Shown here: piece after piece, positions 60,219 to 64,000 of the stretch
Position numbering within the stretch: the first letter of the stretch is position 1
How the letters are laid out: every line of letters begins with the position of its first letter
Source: a virus
Lineage: Duplodnaviria > Caudoviricetes
Reading direction: 5' to 3' (one strand)
IMG/VR virus record: IMGVR_UViG_3300007541_000021
Coordinates: 265 to 64,264 of that record
Length of the DNA: 64,000 nucleotides
Program-made: the position numbers and the translations under genes
The notes under the pieces: generated by a model
Database searches by the model: none
Told to the model about the DNA's origin: nothing
What the model saw: the letters and a program-made list of their open reading frames with translations, nothing else

Positions 60219-60987
60219 TAAAAGAATTGTACTTCCAAATGCTGTTGGAACTACACTTGATATACCGATTGAACAAACTTGGGATTTTCAAGGATTACAA
60301 GAATCAATTGAACAATATGAATTGAGTATTTTAGAAACCATTTTGAACAAAGATGAGGATTTCGAGGTCACAAGGTTTGCACACAATCAGGATCAAAATG
60401 AGGACACCTCAATTAGTTATGCGTTCCAAATGTGGGACCCAAATGTTCTTGGTGGTTCCTATCAAGAATCCTACACTTCGAAATTTTCTGTTGAACAAAT
60501 TTACTATTATCAAAAACCATTTACCAAATCATTTTGGAAATTGGATTTATATTCCTCACCTCTGAACAGAGAACAACAGGCATATGTAACCATCATACTT
60601 CCAACACAACAAGGATTTACTGAATCGGCGATTCTTAATGGAACCACAAACGTAAACATAAAGAAACCTTTTTATCGATTGAATTACGTTGGTGATAAAG
60701 AAGGATTTTTTATTTATTGGTTAAAAAAGAGAGATTTTTTGAACGTAAATGAGTTTTATATGACCGCAAAGTTTTTTGATGGAAGTACAGGACAATTTGT
60801 AAAAATGTTGAATACACCACAAAACACCATGTCAAACGTTACGGATTTTCCACCCGAAGAATATTTTTATTATAAAGTGGTGTTGGATTATGTTACAGAA
60901 AAATATGATGTTTACCATTACCCAACATTGGTAAAGGCCGGGACAAAATCAAATCCCATAACTTGGTATGAATACGTAAACCCATAA
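60205..60987 (+). CDS. Putative structural protein
   Basis: ORF in the same operon; start chosen at ATG 60205. Confidence 0.6.
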   Translation: MAVNNKRIVLPNAVGTTLDIPIEQTWDFQGLQESIEQYELSILETILNKDEDFEVTRFAHNQDQNEDTSISYAFQMWDPNVLGGSYQESYTSKFSVEQIYYYQKPFTKSFWKLDLYSSPLNREQQAYVTIILPTQQGFTESAILNGTTNVNIKKPFYRLNYVGDKEGFFIYWLKKRDFLNVNEFYMTAKFFDGSTGQFVKMLNTPQNTMSNVTDFPPEEYFYYKVVLDYVTEKYDVYHYPTLVKAGTKSNPITWYEYVNP

Positions 60988-62066
60988 TGGAAAGTCAAAC
61001 AATGTATGTGAATATTTCACCTGGTGATTTATCTACCTTGGTGCATCAAGTTACTCTTTCGGGTGATACTTTTGGTGTGTATTCAGGTATGACTCAAATG
61101 CTTACGGGTGGTACAAACAATACATCGTTGTTTACGGGTCTTACAATACCAGTATTATTGGTACAAAACACAATCGATTTGGGATATTATTCTGTTTTTG
61201 ATGGTGCTATTCTACAACAAAATGTTGTTAGTAATTTTATTTTTTCATCAACCACTATAAATCCTTATGAATGGTTTGTCTACAACACAGTTGATTCAGA
61301 ATTTAACGCCTTTTTACAGTTGTCAAGTTATTTTATTGATTGGGGTGATGGTAGCCCTGTCCAACAAATAACAAACTATGCTCCTAACTCGATTTCACAC
61401 GTTTACCCTAACGTAAATTCTGAATATACAATTACAATGTATCAAAACAATCCGTGGGGTAACACAACTGTTAGTAAGTCAATTCAGGTTCCATATGTGA
61501 ATGTCCCAAATTTTAATCCACAAGGTACTGCGTATTTTACACCTAATGTTGGATCGTGGACCGCAACTCCTGTATCGTACGACTACATTTTCACAGGTGA
61601 TAGTGAAAACGTTGTCAGTGCTCAAACATCTAACAACTATACATCCGTTCCTTTTACAATCACAGGTATTACATCATCAAGAATCACTGAACTTCAACAA
61701 TACGGTTCGAATCAATATGTCTTACTACTTCCTGTCAAAAGAGAAAGTATAGATTTCGGTATTATTACAGATATGAACTTGTCTTATACCGCATATACAA
61801 TCCAAGATGTAAACTACGTAGACTTTGCAGACGGAACAACAATTTATGAGATTCAGTCGTCAGGATTAATCCAAGAATGGATGGTTGCTGAACCATTGGT
61901 GAAGGATGAATTATTATTAGGGGTTGCGGGTCAAGCAGAAATACAATCAAATGTATTTATAGAAAGAGGGAAAAACTCAGCATATGAACGAGTCCAAAGA
62001 ATTGGGGAAGTTGATAACTTGGGTGACCTAATAAAATATGGATATCGATTCTTTAATGTAATTTAA
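60987..62066 (+). CDS. Putative structural protein with PKD-like (DWGDGS) domain
   Basis: IDWGDGS...SHVY...YTITM motif. Confidence 0.6.
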   Translation: MESQTMYVNISPGDLSTLVHQVTLSGDTFGVYSGMTQMLTGGTNNTSLFTGLTIPVLLVQNTIDLGYYSVFDGAILQQNVVSNFIFSSTTINPYEWFVYNTVDSEFNAFLQLSSYFIDWGDGSPVQQITNYAPNSISHVYPNVNSEYTITMYQNNPWGNTTVSKSIQVPYVNVPNFNPQGTAYFTPNVGSWTATPVSYDYIFTGDSENVVSAQTSNNYTSVPFTITGITSSRITELQQYGSNQYVLLLPVKRESIDFGIITDMNLSYTAYTIQDVNYVDFADGTTIYEIQSSGLIQEWMVAEPLVKDELLLGVAGQAEIQSNVFIERGKNSAYERVQRIGEVDNLGDLIKYGYRFFNVI

Positions 62067-62067
62067 T

Positions 62068-62976
62068 ATGGCAACAGGAACCTATGGAACAATAAGACCG
62101 GCAGATGTTTCTCCTGAGGACGTTCAGATTATAATGAACTATACGCCTTCAAGGGATGTAACAGATAATTTTGTATTGACACAACTCAATGCAAGTCAAA
62201 TATTACGTCCCTATTTCAACAACAATCAGACTGGTGGGAATACAAACGAAATCTTAGGTGGATTATACAACCTAAGATTACCATCAAATATTTTCAATCA
62301 GTTGGGTATCTATACCTTATACATCAGACCGGCAGAAATAAGAACAACAATTACAGATTGTGGAGTTTTATCCGCACTCCCAAACGTGAAGGGAATTGTA
62401 ATTGATTTATCGAATGTACCCAATCAATTCGTAAATAAATTTATTGCTCAAGGATTGGTTGGATTTAGGGTTGAATATTTGAATCCTGATGGAAGTAAAA
62501 TTCCAAACTTTTTCAGAATTATCACATCAAATTTCTTTTGTGAACCGATTGTTCAGAATTTAACAAACACACAACAGAAATCAGTTAGATATCGATACAC
62601 TGAAGGTCAAACAAATTTGGTCTTTTGTACCTTGTCCCCAAGTTCTGCTCCAACCAACAAACCCAATGCAACACCATTTATTGGACAGCCAGATCAAAGT
62701 ATAATCCTTACAAATACCTTCTTCAATCCACTTACTTTAGAGGTAACCGTAGGACAGTACGATTTGGATACTCTCGGAATCGCCTTCTACGGAAATCAAA
62801 CTAAGAGTATGGAGGATGGTATCTACACTATCTACGACGAGGAGAATAATATCTACCAACAGTTCAACTTATACGAAATCAAAGACGACTTCAATAATCT
62901 TCTATACGAGGTCAAAGAAAATCGTGGTGACAATATCGACTTTAGTAAAAATTTCCAAAATATTACTGAACAATAA
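62068..62976 (+). CDS. Putative structural protein
   Basis: 302-aa ORF coupled within the baseplate operon. Confidence 0.6.
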   Translation: MATGTYGTIRPADVSPEDVQIIMNYTPSRDVTDNFVLTQLNASQILRPYFNNNQTGGNTNEILGGLYNLRLPSNIFNQLGIYTLYIRPAEIRTTITDCGVLSALPNVKGIVIDLSNVPNQFVNKFIAQGLVGFRVEYLNPDGSKIPNFFRIITSNFFCEPIVQNLTNTQQKSVRYRYTEGQTNLVFCTLSPSSAPTNKPNATPFIGQPDQSIILTNTFFNPLTLEVTVGQYDLDTLGIAFYGNQTKSMEDGIYTIYDEENNIYQQFNLYEIKDDFNNLLYEVKENRGDNIDFSKNFQNITEQ

Positions 62977-62978
62977 AA

Positions 62979-64000
62979 ATGGCTAAAAAGTTTATCCCTA
63001 ATACGGCAGCATCTGGATCAGGTACTCCATTTGATAATATTGTCGGTCTTCAAACCGTACAAGGGGGTGGACTTACGCAAGGGAATTTTGAATTTTCAAC
63101 ACAATTATCTGAAAAGGTAAATCGAACCTTCAACATTGGCGTTTTCCAAGATCCAATTAGTTTACAGGATTTGGATATTGAGTCAGTAAATCAAGCTCGA
63201 GAATTATTAGCTAAAGAATATAGAGTTTATCCAAACTATGATCTATCCCAAGTAACAAACTTTACGATATTTGGATCACTTCAAAAAAGATTTGAGGTTT
63301 CAGTACAAAGGATATTAAATTTTTTTCCTGCGGCTTTAGAAGTTGATAGAGTATATTATGACTATTCAACCGGACTCACAGTTTCTAACATAGTTTACGA
63401 TTCGATAACAAACGAGACACAATTTGAAATTGACGTTACACGAATTAAGAATCCATTCTCATTGGATTATTCTGTCAACTCAATCATCAACTTACAAAAT
63501 AGAGAATCTGAATTTTCACCTCTGAGAGATATCACCAATAGGTACAGAGATTATTCATTATTTACAGTTCTTGGTGAATTCCCAATTGTTGATTTTACAC
63601 CATCGCAAAGTTTGTTCAGTGGGGTTATAGTTGTGGTTGTCACAGGTGATGCATTTCCTGGATTATCCAATACCACTGAAAGTGTATACCTCAAGCCAAA
63701 CACATATTTTACTGAAAAATCTTTTACAGAAGATTTCGATGAAGTTGAAAAATTCCTACTGAATAGATTATCTAACCCTATCTATACGGCCACTTTCTCG
63801 GTGCCAGTAGAAAACGATAATGGTATTTTATCAATATCAAGTAAAAGTGTAACGTGGCCTAAAGATGGTTTGTGGAATTTAGATATTAGAAGTGATAAGT
63901 TTGATTTATATCTTGAACAATTAAACATCATAGGTGTAGAATTCGATGCTTTCAAAACAAATTTGATTGCCAGATTTTTAGTAACGGAATCTTTATTGGA
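62979..64000 (+). CDS. Putative structural protein, 3'-truncated by window end
   Basis: ATG 62979, MAKKFIPNTAASGSGTPFDNIVGLQ..., frame appears open to the window end. Confidence 0.65.
   Translation, partial: MAKKFIPNTAASGSGTPFDNIVGLQTVQGGGLTQGNFEFSTQLSEKVNRTFNIGVFQDPISLQDLDIESVNQARELLAKEYRVYPNYDLSQVTNFTIFGSLQKRFEVSVQRILNFFPAALEVDRVYYDYSTGLTVSNIVYDSITNETQFEIDVTRIKNPFSLDYSVNSIINLQNRESEFSPLRDITNRYRDYSLFTVLGEFPIVDFTPSQSLFSGVIVVVVTGDAFPGLSNTTESVYLKPNTYFTEKSFTEDFDEVEKFLLNRLSNPIYTATFSVPVENDNGILSISSKSVTWPKDGLWNLDIRSDKFDLYLEQLNIIGVEFDAFKTNLIARFLVTESLL

Noticed and set aside
1-64000. Stop-codon reassignment as in some large phages
   Set aside because: Long genes are intact in the standard code, and TAA, TAG and TGA all end genes at plausible boundaries
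1-64000. tRNA genes, diversity-generating retroelement or transposases
   Set aside because: Intergenic gaps are short with no cloverleaf recognised by eye, and no reverse transcriptase or transposase motifs were found

Overview
AT-rich, gene-dense segment of a large tailed dsDNA phage with a contractile tail (jumbo-myovirus-like, T4-like neck/baseplate/replication genes), read in the standard genetic code. The host is plausibly Bacteroidota: starts are A-rich with no clear Shine-Dalgarno, the ribonucleotide reductase is Flavobacterium-like class Id, and one TAnnTTTG element is present. Left to right: (1) Pro/Thr mucin-like, partly Cys-rich putative virion surface proteins with LamG-like, DUF642-like and trypsin/NAL1-like domains; (2) a six-gene soluble glycosylation operon (GT60-like polypeptide GlcNAc transferase, GT25, two PLOD-type GTs, SAM methyltransferase, HtrL/YibB plus GT-A fusion); (3) BppU-like protein and family B DNA polymerase; (4) an inverted block with neck protein, Mn-SOD fusion and SNF2 helicase; (5) head-tail connectors, sheath, HAD protein, tube, tail chaperone with a probable +1 frameshift, tape measure and large baseplate proteins; (6) SSB, two small acidic paralogs, RecA/UvsX, 5'-3' exonuclease, DnaB-like helicase, NrdB with ATP cone and NrdA; (7) baseplate wedge and further structural genes. 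The best candidate for a new system is phage-encoded mucin-type O-glycosylation of virion proteins. All family assignments come from motif recognition by eye; no database searches were run.
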